NCBI GenBank assembly: GCA_019116945.1
Contig: DXAR01000088.1
Coordinates: forward strand, 1,430 to 65,429
Length of the DNA stretch: 64,000 bases
Direction of reading: 5' to 3'
From: Candidatus Janibacter merdipullorum
GTDB taxonomy: Bacteria; Actinomycetota; Actinomycetes; Actinomycetales; Dermatophilaceae
The notes below the pieces were generated by a model. It did no database searches. It saw nothing but the letters and a program-made list of their open reading frames with translations, and was not told the origin of the DNA. The position numbers were made by a program, and so were the translations under genes. Of this stretch, positions 1 through 13,466 are shown piece after piece (positions within the stretch are counted from its first letter, which is position 1; each line of letters begins with the position of its first letter).

Positions 1-203
1 GCGTCGAAGTGGACGCACTCCACGGGACCATCACCTCGGGAGGAGGAACGACGCCGCGGTCAGGGCGCGCAGCAGTCGGCTGCCGGTGATCGGGGGCATG
101 ACCGCAGGGTAACGATCTGTGGGTGGCCACGTCCTTCGCCGCGCGCACAGGCCCTTCCGTGGATACGGTCGAGGCACTGTTCACGTCACACTGGAGGAGA
201 ACC

Positions 204-1517
204 ATGCAAGCGCAGAGCTTCCTCGACGACATCGATTGGGCCGGAGTCCTCGGCAAGGCCTTGGGCGCGATTGCGATCATCGTGGTCACGTGGTTGATCG
301 CGATGGTCGTCAAGTCGTTGTTCACCAAGCTGTCCCGCAAGATCCCTGCGCTCCAGCGCGCGGGTGCTGACGGGGAGAGCGTCGGCGCGACGCTCGGCTC
401 CATCGGTTCGCTCATCGTCTGGATGCTCGGCCTCACGGCCCTCCTCCAGCTCCTCGGTCTGACGCAGGTCCTCACCCCGATCCAGTCGATGGTCGACGGG
501 GTGCTCGGCTTCCTGCCCAACCTCATCGGTGCGGGCGTCGTCTTCTTCGTCGGCGCGCTCCTGGCCAAGGTCGTGCGCCAGCTGGTCCAGACCGCTCTCG
601 GTGCGCTGCCGATCTCCTCCTGGATGAAGAAGGCCGGCGCGACGACGAGCTCGATCCCCGGCAGCCCGACGGCCGCCCCGGCCGGTTCGCCGCCCCCGCC
701 CCCCGGTCAGCCGGCCCCGCCGCAGGGACCCCACGGCCAGCCTGCGCCGCCGCAGGGCCACGCCCCGGCGCAGGGCCCGGGCAGCTCCATCCCGAAGACG
801 CTCGCGACGATCGTCTACGCGCTCATCATGATCGTCGTGACGATCTCGGCGCTGCAGATCCTCGGTATCGAGTCCATCTCGCGTCCGGCCGAGCAGATGC
901 TCCAGACGATCTTCGACACCATCCCGCTCATCGTCGCGGCGGGCCTCATGCTCGCCCTGGGCATCTTCATCGCCCGCTTCGTCGGTGACATCCTCGAGCA
1001 GGTCCTCGACGGTGTGGGTCTCGACCGCCAGCTGACCGAGCTCGACATCCTGCCGGCGGAGACCAAGGTCGTCCCGACCATCGCCAAGGTGGCCCAGATC
1101 GCCATCGTGCTCTTCTTCGCGGTCATGGCGGCCCAGCTGCTGAACTTCCCGCAGATCACCTCCTTCCTCAGCGAGGTCCTCGCCCTCGGCGGCAAGGTCG
1201 TCTTCGGCGGCGCGATCATCGCGGCCGGGTTCTTCGTGGCCAACCTCCTGGCGAAGATGCTCTCCGGCGTCGGCGCGACGATCATCAAGTACGCCACGAT
1301 CGTGCTCTTCGTCGCGATGGGCCTGAAGTACATGGGCATCGCGGACTCGATCATCGAGCTCGGCTTCGGTGCCCTCGTCGTCGGCGGTGCGGCTGCTGCG
1401 GCGCTCGCCTTCGGGCTCGGTGGTCGCGACGCGGCCGCCCGTCAGCTCGACCGGCTCTCGGCCAAGGCCGAGGCGCAGTCCACGCCGGCTCGGCAGCCGG
1501 GTGACCAGCAGGGCTGA
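204..1517 (+). CDS. CmpX/MscS-like multi-pass membrane protein (conserved TM-helix repeats) with Pro/Gln-rich linker
   Basis: ORF 123..1517. ATG at 204 follows GGAGGAGA. Two hydrophobic modules (FLPNLIGAGVVFFVG, TIPLIVAAGLML) are separated by QPAPPQG repeats. Confidence 0.7.
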   Translation: MQAQSFLDDIDWAGVLGKALGAIAIIVVTWLIAMVVKSLFTKLSRKIPALQRAGADGESVGATLGSIGSLIVWMLGLTALLQLLGLTQVLTPIQSMVDGVLGFLPNLIGAGVVFFVGALLAKVVRQLVQTALGALPISSWMKKAGATTSSIPGSPTAAPAGSPPPPPGQPAPPQGPHGQPAPPQGHAPAQGPGSSIPKTLATIVYALIMIVVTISALQILGIESISRPAEQMLQTIFDTIPLIVAAGLMLALGIFIARFVGDILEQVLDGVGLDRQLTELDILPAETKVVPTIAKVAQIAIVLFFAVMAAQLLNFPQITSFLSEVLALGGKVVFGGAIIAAGFFVANLLAKMLSGVGATIIKYATIVLFVAMGLKYMGIADSIIELGFGALVVGGAAAAALAFGLGGRDAAARQLDRLSAKAEAQSTPARQPGDQQG

Positions 1518-1532
1518 TCACCACCGGCCCAT

Positions 1533-1579
1533 GACCGAAGGGCGGTGCACCCGAGGAGCCGGGTGGACCGCCCTTCGTC
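1533..1579. terminator. Stem-loop between convergent genes (probable bidirectional terminator)
   Basis: gaccgaagggcggtgcacccg-aggagc-cgggtggaccgcccttcgtc, a near-perfect inverted repeat. Confidence 0.65.
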
Positions 1580-1591
1580 CTGCTCGGTGGG

Positions 1592-3220
1592 TCAGGACTG
1601 CAGGATCGTCACCGCCTGCTCACGCATCTCGACCTTGCGGACCTTGCCCGTGACGGTCATCGGGAAGGCGTCGGTGACGTGGACGTACTTCGGGATCTTG
1701 TAGTGGGCGAGCTTGCCGGTGGCGAACTCCCTGACCTCCTCGGCGGTGAGGCCCGTGGCCCCCTCCCGGAGCACGACCCAGGCCATGAGCTCCTCGCCGT
1801 ACTTCTCGTCCGGGACGCCGATGACCTGCACGTCCGCGATCGCCGGGTGCGTGTAGAGGAACTCCTCGACCTCGCGGGGATAGACGTTCTCCCCGCCGCG
1901 GATGACGAGGTCCTTGATCCGGCCGACGATGCTCACGTACCCGTCCTCGTCCATCGTGGCCAGGTCACCGGTGTGCATCCACCGGGCCGCGTCGATCGCC
2001 TCGGCGGTCTTGTCCGGCTCCTCCCAGTAGCCGAGCATGACGCTGTAGCCGCGGGTGCACAGCTCACCCGTCTCGCCCCGGGGGAGGGGCACCCCGGAGA
2101 CCGGGTCGACGACCTTGGACTCGATGTGCGGCATCGAGCGACCGACGGTCTCGGTGCGCCGGGCGAGGTCGTCATCGGTCCGCGTCATCGTCGACACCGG
2201 TGAGGTCTCGGTCATGCCGTAGCTGATGGCCACCTCCACCATGTTCATCTCCGCCACGACCCGCTTCATCACCTCGACCGGGCAGGTCGACCCGGCCATG
2301 ATCCCGGTGCGCAGGCTGCTGAGGTCGTAGTCGGCGAAGTCCGGCAGCCCGAGCTCGCCGATGAACATCGTCGGCACGCCGTAGAGCGAGGTGCACCGCT
2401 CGTCGACGACGGCCTGCAGCGTCGCCGCCGGCTCGAAGGAGGGGGCCGGGATGACCATGCAGGCACCGTGGGAGGTGGCGGCGAGATTGCCCATGACCAT
2501 GCCGAAGCAGTGGTAGAAGGGCACGGGGATGCAGATCCGGTCCTCCTCGGTGTACCGGATCAGCTCGCCGACGAAGTAGCCGTTGTTGAGGATGTTGTGG
2601 TGGCTGAGGGTCGCCCCCTTGGGGAAGCCCGTCGTCCCGGACGTGTACTGGATGTTGATCGGGTCGTCGGGGGTGAGGCCGGCCCCGCGCTCCGCGAGCT
2701 CCTCGTCGGTGACCGACGACCCGGCCGCGACGAGCGCCTCCCAGGAGGTGTCCCCGATGTGCACGACCTCGCTCAGCGACCCGCAGTCGGGACGAGCCTC
2801 CTCGACCATCGCCCGGTAGTCGGACGTCTTGTGGGACAGGGCGCTCACGAGCATCCGCATGCCCGACTGGTTGACCACGTAGGTCAGCTCGTGGGTCCGG
2901 TACGCCGGGTTGACGTTCACGAGGATCGCGCCCATGCGCGCCGTGGCGTACTGGAGGATCGTCCACTCCGGGCAGTTGGGAGCCCAGATACCGATGCGGT
3001 CGCCGGCGGCCACGCCCTTCGCCATGAGGCCCTTGGCGACGGTGTCGACGTCGGTGAGCAGCTCGCGGTAGGTCCACCGTCGGCCGCTGGGGACGTCGAC
3101 GAGGGCCTCGCGGTCGCCGTGCGTCGCCACGGTCCGCTCGAGGTTGCCGCCGATGGTGTCCCCGAGGAGGGGCGTGTCCGAGGTTCCGGACGAGTACGAA
3201 GGGGCTGGGGGCTGGGTCAT
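1592..3220 (-). CDS. AMP-dependent acyl-CoA synthetase (fatty-acid--CoA ligase family)
   Basis: [12 protein letters not shown]-loop, [13 protein letters not shown] and GKVRK motifs. Start MTQPPAP at 3220 follows AGGAGG. Confidence 0.9.
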   Translation of the reverse strand: MTQPPAPSYSSGTSDTPLLGDTIGGNLERTVATHGDREALVDVPSGRRWTYRELLTDVDTVAKGLMAKGVAAGDRIGIWAPNCPEWTILQYATARMGAILVNVNPAYRTHELTYVVNQSGMRMLVSALSHKTSDYRAMVEEARPDCGSLSEVVHIGDTSWEALVAAGSSVTDEELAERGAGLTPDDPINIQYTSGTTGFPKGATLSHHNILNNGYFVGELIRYTEEDRICIPVPFYHCFGMVMGNLAATSHGACMVIPAPSFEPAATLQAVVDERCTSLYGVPTMFIGELGLPDFADYDLSSLRTGIMAGSTCPVEVMKRVVAEMNMVEVAISYGMTETSPVSTMTRTDDDLARRTETVGRSMPHIESKVVDPVSGVPLPRGETGELCTRGYSVMLGYWEEPDKTAEAIDAARWMHTGDLATMDEDGYVSIVGRIKDLVIRGGENVYPREVEEFLYTHPAIADVQVIGVPDEKYGEELMAWVVLREGATGLTAEEVREFATGKLAHYKIPKYVHVTDAFPMTVTGKVRKVEMREQAVTILQS

Positions 3221-3296
3221 GCGTCGGACCTCCTGTGGTCGCGTCGTTGCGATCATTGAGCAGCCTGCCACGACGGCGGGCTGCCATGCTGGCGAC

Positions 3297-3803
3297 GTGA
3301 CGATCGACGACCTCACCATCCGACCCGCCACCGACGACGACTGGCCGCAGATCTTCCCCTTCTGGACCCGCATCGTCGACGAAGGGCGGACCTACGCCTA
3401 TCCCACCGACCTGACGTCCACGCAGGCGCGCCCGCTGTGGATGGAGCAGCCACCCGGCAGGACCACCGTCGCGGTGGACGAAGGGGGTGCCGTCCTCGGC
3501 TCGGCGAAGATGGGCCCGAACCGCCCGGGACGAGGCGCGCACATCGCGACGGCCTCCTTCATGGTCGACCCGGGACGGCGGACCCGGGGTGTGGGTCGTG
3601 CCCTCGGCGAGGACATGCTGACCTGGGCGCGCTCGGAGGGGTACGCGGGGGTCCAGTTCAACGCGGTCGTCGAGACGAATGAGGCTGCGGTACGCCTCTG
3701 GCGGTCCCTCGGCTTCGACGTCATCGGGACCGTGCCCGGGGCCTTCGACCACCCGGAGCACGGTCCCGTGGGACTGCACGTGATGTTTCGGCAGCTGCCC
3801 TAG
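3297..3803 (+). CDS. GNAT family N-acetyltransferase
   Basis: [17 protein letters not shown] motif A and [24 protein letters not shown] start at 3297 inferred. Confidence 0.85.
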   Translation: MTIDDLTIRPATDDDWPQIFPFWTRIVDEGRTYAYPTDLTSTQARPLWMEQPPGRTTVAVDEGGAVLGSAKMGPNRPGRGAHIATASFMVDPGRRTRGVGRALGEDMLTWARSEGYAGVQFNAVVETNEAAVRLWRSLGFDVIGTVPGAFDHPEHGPVGLHVMFRQLP

Positions 3804-3820
3804 TCGGCGTCGCCGACGAA

Positions 3821-3851
3821 GGCGTGGGTCGCACTGGCAGCGACCCACGCC
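3821..3851. terminator. Stem-loop between convergent GNAT and betT genes
   Basis: ggcgtgggtcgc-actggca-gcgacccacgcc, a 12-bp perfect stem. Confidence 0.6.
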
Positions 3852-3866
3852 CTCGACCTCGGTGGA

Positions 3867-5888
3867 TCAGGGGTGCTCGGCGAGTTCCCCTGCAGCGGAC
3901 CACCGCTCGAAGTGGTCGAGCACGTCGTGGCAGACCTCTTCCTCGCTGTAGTCGAAGATGTCGTACCCCGCGCCGGTCGGCAGCGAGACCTCGAGCCGCG
4001 TCGTGCGGTCGTCGGCCTCGATCATCCGCGCCCCGTAGCTCGGCGCGGCCACCTGCCGTGCCCGCACGGAGTAGACGAAGGGCGATCCCGAGGTGCCGAC
4101 GACGAGCTGAGCCGAGGCGGCCGCGGACGGGTCGCCGTCGGTGACGTCGACACGGGCCTCCCTCCCTTCGCCCTCCATGGCCTGGGCGACCTCGCGCAGG
4201 GCCGGGACGACGACGCCGGTGAGGCGATCGTTGGCTCGCCGGAGGCTCACCGTGCCGAAGGTGCGCGCGACGCGGCGACGCCAGGACCCCTGGTGCTGGG
4301 CCTCACGACCGGCGAGGTGGGTCGTCAGCGACAGCTGGGCAGCGCTCACCTGCGTGCGTTCGGCCTCGAGGGCCTTGTACAGCCCGATCATCACGAGCAC
4401 CATGACGACGGCGAAGGGCAGACCCATGACGATCGTCGCCGACTGGAGGGCGGCGATGCCGCCGACGACGAGCATGGCGATGGTGAGCACGCCCGTGGCC
4501 ACGGCCCACCCGATGCGCAGCGCTGGGTGGGCATCGGTCTCGCTGTCGGGCAGCTCCGAGCTGAGGTTGGCCATGACGAGCGCACCGGAGTCGGCGGAGG
4601 TGACGTAGAAGAGCAGGCCGACGAAGGTCGCGAGAGCCACGACGACCATGGCGGCCGGGTACTGCTGCAGGAGGGTGTAGAAGCCCTCCTCCGGCTGGTT
4701 CATCGCGAGCTCGCCGAAGTCGGCATTGCCGTCCCGGATCGACTTGACCGCAGAGTTCCCGAAGATCGAGACCCACATGACGATGTACATGAAGGGGATC
4801 GTCAGGGTGCCGAGGACGAACTGCCCGATGGTCCGGCCACGGGAGATGCGCGCGAGGAACATCCCGACGAAGGAGGCCCAGGCGACCCACCAGGCCCAGA
4901 AGAAGAGCGTCCAGGCACTCATCCAGTCGGCCGGGTGGTCGAAGGCCATCGTGTCCATCGTCATGCCGGGGAAGAGGCTGACGAAGTCGCCGACATTCAT
5001 GACGAGGCCCCGCAGGAGGAAGGCCGTCTCGCCGGTGACGAGGACCCAGAGCGCAAGGGCGATGGCGAGGACGACGTTGAGCTGGCTGAGGACCCGGATG
5101 CCGCGGTCGACGCCGGTCGTCGCGGAGATCGTCGCGACCGTGACCGCGAGGACCACGAGACCGACCTGCGCGGGGATCCCCTGCGGGACACCGAACATCA
5201 CACCGAGCCCGACGTTGAGCATGACCACGCCGATGCCGAGCGAGGTCGCGACGCCGAAGATCGTCCCGAGGACGGTCGCGATGTCGACCGCGTCGCCGAC
5301 CGGGCCACGGATCCGTCGACCGAAGATCGGGTAGAGGGCGGAGCGCACAGCCAGCGGCAGCTTCTTGCGGTGGGCGAAGTAGCCCAGGGCGATGCCCATG
5401 AGGGCGTACATGCCCCAGCCGGTGATGCCGTAGTGGAAGAGGGTCCACACCGTGGCCTCGCGAGCGGCCTGCACGGTCTCGCCCGACCCCTGTGGCGGCG
5501 CCAGGTACTGGGTCGCCGGCTCGGCGACCGCGAAGAACATCACGTCCGTGCCGATGCCGGCCGCGAAGAGCATGGCGGCCCAGGCGAAGGTCGAGAACTC
5601 CGGCCGGTCATCGTCGTCGCCGAGACGGACGCGCGCGTAGCGCACACCGACGTAGATGACGAAGACGAGGATGGCGGTCGCGAGCAGGATGTAGAACCAG
5701 CCGAACCAGTTGGCGATCCAGCCGACGGCGGTCCCGAGTGTGGTCTCGGCGTGCCCCGGTGCGAGGAGTGCCCACGCAGCGACGACGAGGGTCACGAGGC
5801 CGGAGACCGCGAGGACCGTCATCTTGACGCGCGGCCGGCTCGGGCGGTCCTCGATGAGGTCGGGGTCGATGGTCAGGGGAGCAGTCAT
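3867..5888 (-). CDS. betT: BCCT family choline/betaine transporter, BetT-type with C-terminal extension
   Basis: WAAMLFAAGIG, WTLFFWAWWVAWASFVGMFLARISRGRTI and TSADSG BCCT signatures. Start overlaps the betA stop. Confidence 0.9.
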   Translation of the reverse strand: MTAPLTIDPDLIEDRPSRPRVKMTVLAVSGLVTLVVAAWALLAPGHAETTLGTAVGWIANWFGWFYILLATAILVFVIYVGVRYARVRLGDDDDRPEFSTFAWAAMLFAAGIGTDVMFFAVAEPATQYLAPPQGSGETVQAAREATVWTLFHYGITGWGMYALMGIALGYFAHRKKLPLAVRSALYPIFGRRIRGPVGDAVDIATVLGTIFGVATSLGIGVVMLNVGLGVMFGVPQGIPAQVGLVVLAVTVATISATTGVDRGIRVLSQLNVVLAIALALWVLVTGETAFLLRGLVMNVGDFVSLFPGMTMDTMAFDHPADWMSAWTLFFWAWWVAWASFVGMFLARISRGRTIGQFVLGTLTIPFMYIVMWVSIFGNSAVKSIRDGNADFGELAMNQPEEGFYTLLQQYPAAMVVVALATFVGLLFYVTSADSGALVMANLSSELPDSETDAHPALRIGWAVATGVLTIAMLVVGGIAALQSATIVMGLPFAVVMVLVMIGLYKALEAERTQVSAAQLSLTTHLAGREAQHQGSWRRRVARTFGTVSLRRANDRLTGVVVPALREVAQAMEGEGREARVDVTDGDPSAAASAQLVVGTSGSPFVYSVRARQVAAPSYGARMIEADDRTTRLEVSLPTGAGYDIFDYSEEEVCHDVLDHFERWSAAGELAEHP

Positions 5889-7645
5889 CAGGGCCTCCTC
5901 GTCTGCTCGGCGGCACCTTGGACGGCCGCAGCGCTCGGCAGGTCGGTGCGGGCATCCCAGGCGTCGTTGCGCGGGTCGCCCTGCGGGTAGATGGGCATCC
6001 CCGCCTTGGCCCGGTAGAGCGGGGGGTGCTCCGCCGCGAGGGGCGTGTTGCCGGCGATGAGGTCGGCGGCCTTCTCGGCGACCATCATCACCGGGGCGTA
6101 GATGTTGCCGTTGGTGATCGTCGGGAAGACCGAGGCGTCGACGACGCGCAGCCCCTCCGTCCCGTGCACCCGCATCGAGCCCGGGTCGACGACCGACATC
6201 TCGTCGGTCCCCATCTTGGCCGAGCACGACGGGTGGAGCGCCGTCTCGGCGTCCTTGGCCACCCAGTCGATGATCTCCTCGTCGGTCTGCACGTCCGGGC
6301 CGGGCGAGATCTCGCCGCCGTCGAAGGGGGCGAAGGCCGGCTGCTGCAGGATGTGCCGCGCGGCGCGCACGACCTCGACCCACTCCCTTCGGTCCCGCTC
6401 CGTCGACAGGTAGTTGAAGAGGATGCTCGGCTTGGCGTGCGGGTCCGCGCTCGTGATGCGCACGCGGCCGCGCACGTCGGAGTTCATCGGGCCGATGTGC
6501 ACCTGGTAGCCGTGCTTCCCGCCGGAGGCGGTGCCGTCGTAGCGGACCGCGATCGGGAGGAAGTGGAACATGAGGTTGGGGTAGGCGACCTCGTCGTTGG
6601 TGCGGATGAAGCCCCCGCCCTCGAAGTGGTTGGAGGCGCCGACCCCACGGTTGAGGAAGAGCCACTCCGCGCCGATGTAGGGCGCCTTCCACATCTTCAG
6701 CCAGGGCGCGATCGACACCGGCTGGAGGCTCTCGTGCTGGAGGTAGACCTCGAGGTGGTCCTGGAGGTTCTCACCGACACCGGGCAGGTCGATGTGCGGG
6801 GTGACCCCGGCGGCGCGCAGCGTCTCCGGGTCGCCGACGCCGGAGAGCTGGAGCAGTTGTGGGGTGTTGAAGGCCCCACCGCAGAGGATGACCTCGCCGG
6901 CCTCGACGGAGTGCTTCCGTCGCCCGGCCCGCACGAAGTCCACACCGGTGACCCGGGTGCCCTGCCAGCGCAGCCCGGTGACCGTGGCGAGCGTCGTGAC
7001 ATCGAGGTTCTTGCGGTGGCGCACCGGGCGCAGGTAGGCGCGGGAGGCCGACATCCGGCTGGCCTTGTAGACATTGCGGTCGAAGGGGGCGAAGCCCTCC
7101 TGGCGGTAGCCGTTGACGTCGTCGGTCCGGGCGAAGCCGGCCTGGGTCGTCGCCTCGAAGAAGGCCTGGAAGAGAGGGCTCTCGGCCGGGCCGCGCTCGA
7201 GCTTGAGGGGTCCGGAGCCACCGCGCCAGGCATCGGCGCCGGCGGTCGTGGTCTCCATCCGCTTGAAGTAGGGAAGGCAGTGCGCGTAGTCCCACTGCTC
7301 CATCCCGTCGAAGCCGGCCCACGTGTCGTAGTCACCGGGGTTGCCCCGCTGGAAGATCATGCCGTTGATGCTCGAGCTGCCGCCGAGCACCTTGCCGCGG
7401 GCGTGGGCCACGCGGCGACCGCCCATGTGCGGCTCGGGGTCGGTCTCGTAGGCCCAGTCGTAGAGGGGGTTGCCCGAGGGGAACATCAGGGCGGCGGGCA
7501 TGTGGATGAGGGGGTCGGCGAGGAAGTCGGCCCGGCCCGCCTCGAGGACGAGCACGCTCGTGCCCGGGTCGCTGCTCAGTCGGTTGGCCAGCGCGGATCC
7601 CGCGGATCCTCCGCCGACGATGATGTAGTCGTAGCGCTCTCTCAT
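5888..7645 (-). CDS. betA: Choline dehydrogenase (GMC oxidoreductase)
   Basis: [15 protein letters not shown] motif, [39 protein letters not shown]. Confidence 0.92.
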   Translation of the reverse strand: MRERYDYIIVGGGSAGSALANRLSSDPGTSVLVLEAGRADFLADPLIHMPAALMFPSGNPLYDWAYETDPEPHMGGRRVAHARGKVLGGSSSINGMIFQRGNPGDYDTWAGFDGMEQWDYAHCLPYFKRMETTTAGADAWRGGSGPLKLERGPAESPLFQAFFEATTQAGFARTDDVNGYRQEGFAPFDRNVYKASRMSASRAYLRPVRHRKNLDVTTLATVTGLRWQGTRVTGVDFVRAGRRKHSVEAGEVILCGGAFNTPQLLQLSGVGDPETLRAAGVTPHIDLPGVGENLQDHLEVYLQHESLQPVSIAPWLKMWKAPYIGAEWLFLNRGVGASNHFEGGGFIRTNDEVAYPNLMFHFLPIAVRYDGTASGGKHGYQVHIGPMNSDVRGRVRITSADPHAKPSILFNYLSTERDRREWVEVVRAARHILQQPAFAPFDGGEISPGPDVQTDEEIIDWVAKDAETALHPSCSAKMGTDEMSVVDPGSMRVHGTEGLRVVDASVFPTITNGNIYAPVMMVAEKAADLIAGNTPLAAEHPPLYRAKAGMPIYPQGDPRNDAWDARTDLPSAAAVQGAAEQTRRP

Positions 7646-7671
7646 GTCTCTCTCCTCGTGGGCTGCGCGGC

Positions 7672-9168
7672 TCAGGCCCGGTCGGCGAACCAGTCGGCGC
7701 GTGCCGGGCGGGTGTTGTGCCAGATGTGCTTGGTCTCCTGGTATTCGTGCAGGCCTGCGGTGCCGAGCTCTCGGCCGATGCCGGACTGCTTCATACCGCC
7801 CCACTCCGCAGCGGGGACGTAGGGGTGGAAGTCGTTGATCCAGATCGTCCCGTGACGCAGGCGCCGGGCCATCCGCTCGGCCCGGCCGGCGTCCTGGGTC
7901 CACACCGCACCGGTGAGGCCGTAGATGGTGTCGTTGGCCAGGGCGACGGCAGCGTCCTCGGCCGCGTCTCGGGTCTCCCCGGAGAAGGTCTCGACGGTGA
8001 GGACGGGGCCGAAGGACTCGTCCTGGACGCAGGACATGTCGGTCGTGCACGCGTCGAGGATCGTCGGCGGGTAGTAGCTGCCCTGCGCGAGCTCACCGGC
8101 GGGGCGGTCGCCACCGCACCGGAGCACCGCGCCCTCGTCGAGGGCGGCCGCGACGTAGGCCTCGACCTTTTCCCGGTGGGCCTCGCTGATGAGCGGACCG
8201 GTCTCGGCGTCCTCGTCGAAGGGGCCTCCCATCCGGATGGTCTCGGCCCGGCGGACCAGCTCGTCGACGACCTCGTCGTGGATCGACTCCTCGACGATGA
8301 GCCGGGAGCCGGCGGAGCAGACCTGTCCGGAGTCGAGGAAGATCGCGGTGAGGGCGTTGTCGATCGCGGCCTCGCGGTCGGCGTCGGCGAAGATCACGTT
8401 GGGGTTCTTGCCGCCGAGCTCGAGGGCGATCTTCTTCACGGTGGGCGCTGCGGCCGCCATGATCGTCCGGCCCGTGACGAGGCCACCGGTGAAGGAGACG
8501 AGGTCCACCTCGGGGGACGTCGTCATCGCGGAGCCCACCGTCGCGCCCGGGCCGAGGACGAGGTTGGCCACGCCGTCGGGGAGTCCTTCCGCGACGAGTG
8601 CCTGGACGAGCCAGATGGAGGTCTGCGGGGTCAGCTCGCTGGGCTTGAGGACGAAGGTGTTGCCGGCGGCCAGCGCGGGGGCGACCTTCCACGCCGTCTG
8701 GAGGAGGGGGAAGTTCCACGGCGTGATGAGGGAGCACACGCCGACGGGCTCGGTGACGACACGGGAGGAGACGTCGGGCACGCCCGCGTCGACGACCCGA
8801 CCGGCCTCGGCCTGGGCCAGCCCGGCGAAGTGCCGGAAGACGGCGACGATGTCCTCCATGTCGATCCGCGACTCGACGAGCCGCTTGCCGGTGTCGAGCG
8901 ACTCGAGCCGAGCGACCTCGTCGAGCTCGCGCTCGAGCCGGTCGGCGATCCGGTGGAGGAGGGCGGCCCGCTCGGGGGCAGGCGTGCTCGGCCACGGCCC
9001 CTCGTCGAAGGCGCGTCGAGCCGCCCGGACGGCCTCGAGGGCGTCCTCGGCGCCCCCTTCGTCCACGGTCACGACCACGGAACCGTCTGCGGGACAGGTG
9101 ATCTCACGAGTGTCGCCGGAGGCGGCAGCACGCCACCGTCCGTCGATGTGCAGGGTCTTCATGGGCAT
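7672..9168 (-). CDS. betB: Betaine-aldehyde dehydrogenase (ALDH family)
   Basis: [20 protein letters not shown], catalytic GQVCSAG, ESFGP; directly upstream of betA and betT. Confidence 0.85.
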   Translation of the reverse strand: MPMKTLHIDGRWRAAASGDTREITCPADGSVVVTVDEGGAEDALEAVRAARRAFDEGPWPSTPAPERAALLHRIADRLERELDEVARLESLDTGKRLVESRIDMEDIVAVFRHFAGLAQAEAGRVVDAGVPDVSSRVVTEPVGVCSLITPWNFPLLQTAWKVAPALAAGNTFVLKPSELTPQTSIWLVQALVAEGLPDGVANLVLGPGATVGSAMTTSPEVDLVSFTGGLVTGRTIMAAAAPTVKKIALELGGKNPNVIFADADREAAIDNALTAIFLDSGQVCSAGSRLIVEESIHDEVVDELVRRAETIRMGGPFDEDAETGPLISEAHREKVEAYVAAALDEGAVLRCGGDRPAGELAQGSYYPPTILDACTTDMSCVQDESFGPVLTVETFSGETRDAAEDAAVALANDTIYGLTGAVWTQDAGRAERMARRLRHGTIWINDFHPYVPAAEWGGMKQSGIGRELGTAGLHEYQETKHIWHNTRPARADWFADRA

Positions 9169-9207
9169 CTCCTCGTCGGTGGCGTCGATGGCGGCGGTGC
9201 GGCACCG

Positions 9208-9250
9208 ACCGTAACGCACGTTTCAGTCTTTGTGAAACGCGCGTTACGGT
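9208..9250. promoter_or_regulatory. Inverted-repeat operator between betB and the divergent tetR
   Basis: accgtaacgc-a-cgtttca-gtctttg-tgaaacg-c-gcgttacggt: 17 of 18 arm positions pair; lies just upstream of -10 TAAGGT of the leaderless tetR. Confidence 0.7.
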
Positions 9251-9262
9251 TAAGGTGGGGTC

Positions 9263-9844
9263 ATGACCACCGAACGTCGCCGCCCGGCGCGCGAGCGACT
9301 GCTCAACGCCGCGGACGAGCTGATGTTCGTCGATGGGGTCGTCCTCACCCCCGTCGACGACATCCTGCGGCGGGCGGGCGCCGCTCCGGCGACGCTCTAC
9401 TCCAACTTCGGCAACAAGGACGGCCTCATCGCCGCCGCCCTCGAGCGCCGGCTCGAGGACTGGACCGACGCCTGGGATGCGGCGATCGCCGACGCGGACT
9501 CGCCGACGGGTCGGCTCTTCGCGATCTTCCCCGCCCTGCGCAGCTACCAGCGCGAGCGGCTCCACGAACGCTGGTGCGCCTTCAGCGGTACCGCGGCCGC
9601 GACCAACCGGCCGTCCGAGGGGATCACGAGGATGCTCGAGGCGGAGGATGAGCTGCTCCACTCGCGTCTGCTGGCCTTCGCGACGGAGGTCGCCGGTGAG
9701 GACCGGGCGCAGGACCTCGCCGACCAGGTGGCCGTCGCCTATCTCGGGACGCTCACCGGGATGCTCCGGGGGGACCAGGAGACCGCCATCGCCCGGGGAG
9801 AGCTCGTCGCCCGGACCCTCGTCAGCTCACTCCTGGGGGAGTAG
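9263..9844 (+). CDS. TetR/AcrR family transcriptional regulator, divergent from betBA-betT
   Basis: N-terminal HTH: RERLLNAADELMF...DDILRRAGAAPATLYSNFGNKDGL. Confidence 0.9.
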   Translation: MTTERRRPARERLLNAADELMFVDGVVLTPVDDILRRAGAAPATLYSNFGNKDGLIAAALERRLEDWTDAWDAAIADADSPTGRLFAIFPALRSYQRERLHERWCAFSGTAAATNRPSEGITRMLEAEDELLHSRLLAFATEVAGEDRAQDLADQVAVAYLGTLTGMLRGDQETAIARGELVARTLVSSLLGE

Positions 9845-9972
9845 GTCGTCACTCCCTCGCTCCATCCCGAGCCGTGCGAGGGCCAGGACGAAGGGGCGAC
9901 CGGAGAGGTGGGGCATGTCCGCAGTATCTGCTTTGATCGTGTGGTCCGCCCCGCGACCCCCTGGGAGAGCCG

Positions 9973-12333
<2,361 letters not shown>

Positions 12334-12353
12334 CGCGCCGGTCGGCGTGGGAG

Positions 12354-12372
12354 TTAGGATCTCCTTACCCCG
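12354..12372 (+). promoter_or_regulatory. Putative IdeR/DmdR1 iron box
   Basis: TTAGGATCTCCTTACCCCG matches 13 of 19 positions of TWAGGTWAGSCTWACCTWA; directly upstream of the Fe-siderophore ABC operon. Confidence 0.45.
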
Positions 12373-12422
12373 GTGTGCCACGATGCACGCCGCACGTCGT
12401 CGGAAGGGTGGAGGTCGAACCT

Positions 12423-13466
12423 GTGACTGCTGCACCCGCCGACCTCCTCGGACACGAGCCGTCGACCTCGCGGAGCCTGAGCACGCGCACCACGGCGTTG
12501 ACCTGCATGGGCGCACTCCTCGTCGTCGTCTCCGTCCTCTCGGTCTTCGTCGGGAGCGGTGACATCCCCGTCGGGGAGGCGTGGCGTGCCATCTGGCACC
12601 ACGACGGGAGCACCAACGCCGAGATCATCCGCAGCACCCGTCTCCCGAGGACCCTCCTGGGGATCACCGTCGGGGCGGCCATGGGCATCGCGGGTGCGCT
12701 CATGCAGGCCCTGACGCGCAACCCGCTCGCGGATCCGGGGATCCTCGGGGTCAACGCGGGCGCCTACTTCGCCATGGTCGTCGGCTTCGCCGTCCTCGGT
12801 GCGACGACGACGGCCGGCAATGTCCTCTTCGCCATGGCCGGGGCCTTCGTCTCCGCCGCCCTCGTCCATGTCGTCGGTTCGCGGGGGAGGGGAGCCGGCC
12901 CCGCCACCCTCGTCCTCACCGGGGTGGCGGTGAGCTGCGTCTTCACGGGCGTCGCCTTCGGGATGACGATGGTCGACCCCAAGGCCTTCGACGCCATCCG
13001 CGGGTGGCAGGTCGGCTCCCTGCAGAAGGACCACGGCAGCGACCTGCTCGTCTCCACGACGCCGTGGATCGTCGTCGGCATCCTCCTCGCCCTGGCGCTC
13101 ACCGGGTTCCTCAACGCCATCGCGCTCGGCGACGACCGCGCCCGTGCACTGGGCGTACCCGTGACGGGCGTGCGGACGGTGGGCTTCGTCGCCATGACCT
13201 TCATGTGCGGTGCCGGGACGGCGGCCGTCGGCCCGATCACCTTCCTCGGCCTCATGGTGCCCCACGCCGTGCGCGCCGTCGTCGGTCCCGACCAGCGGTG
13301 GATCATCCCCGCGTGCGCCCTCGCTGCGCCGGTGCTCTTCCTCGGCGCCGACGTCATCGGCCGGGTTCTGCTCGAGACCGAGCTGCCCGTCGGCATGATC
13401 ACCGCCTTCATCGGTGCCCCCGTGCTCATCCACCTCGTGCGGACGCGGGGGGTGCGGGAGCTGTGA
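12423..13466 (+). CDS. FecCD family iron-siderophore ABC permease
   Basis: RLPRTLLG, QALTRNPLADPGILGVNAGA, GPITFLGLMVPH. GTG start at 12423 after GGAGG. Confidence 0.9.
   Translation: MTAAPADLLGHEPSTSRSLSTRTTALTCMGALLVVVSVLSVFVGSGDIPVGEAWRAIWHHDGSTNAEIIRSTRLPRTLLGITVGAAMGIAGALMQALTRNPLADPGILGVNAGAYFAMVVGFAVLGATTTAGNVLFAMAGAFVSAALVHVVGSRGRGAGPATLVLTGVAVSCVFTGVAFGMTMVDPKAFDAIRGWQVGSLQKDHGSDLLVSTTPWIVVGILLALALTGFLNAIALGDDRARALGVPVTGVRTVGFVAMTFMCGAGTAAVGPITFLGLMVPHAVRAVVGPDQRWIIPACALAAPVLFLGADVIGRVLLETELPVGMITAFIGAPVLIHLVRTRGVREL

Noticed and set aside
670-780. Short tandem repeats in the first gene as a CRISPR or VNTR
   Set aside because: They encode an in-frame Pro/Gln linker, with no spacer structure and no cas genes.
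9915-9940. Possible PafBC (TGTCGG-N10-TA-N3-T) motif upstream of the uvrA-like gene: tgtccg-cagtatctgc-tt-tga-t
   Set aside because: Two mismatches at key positions; too weak without a PWM scan.
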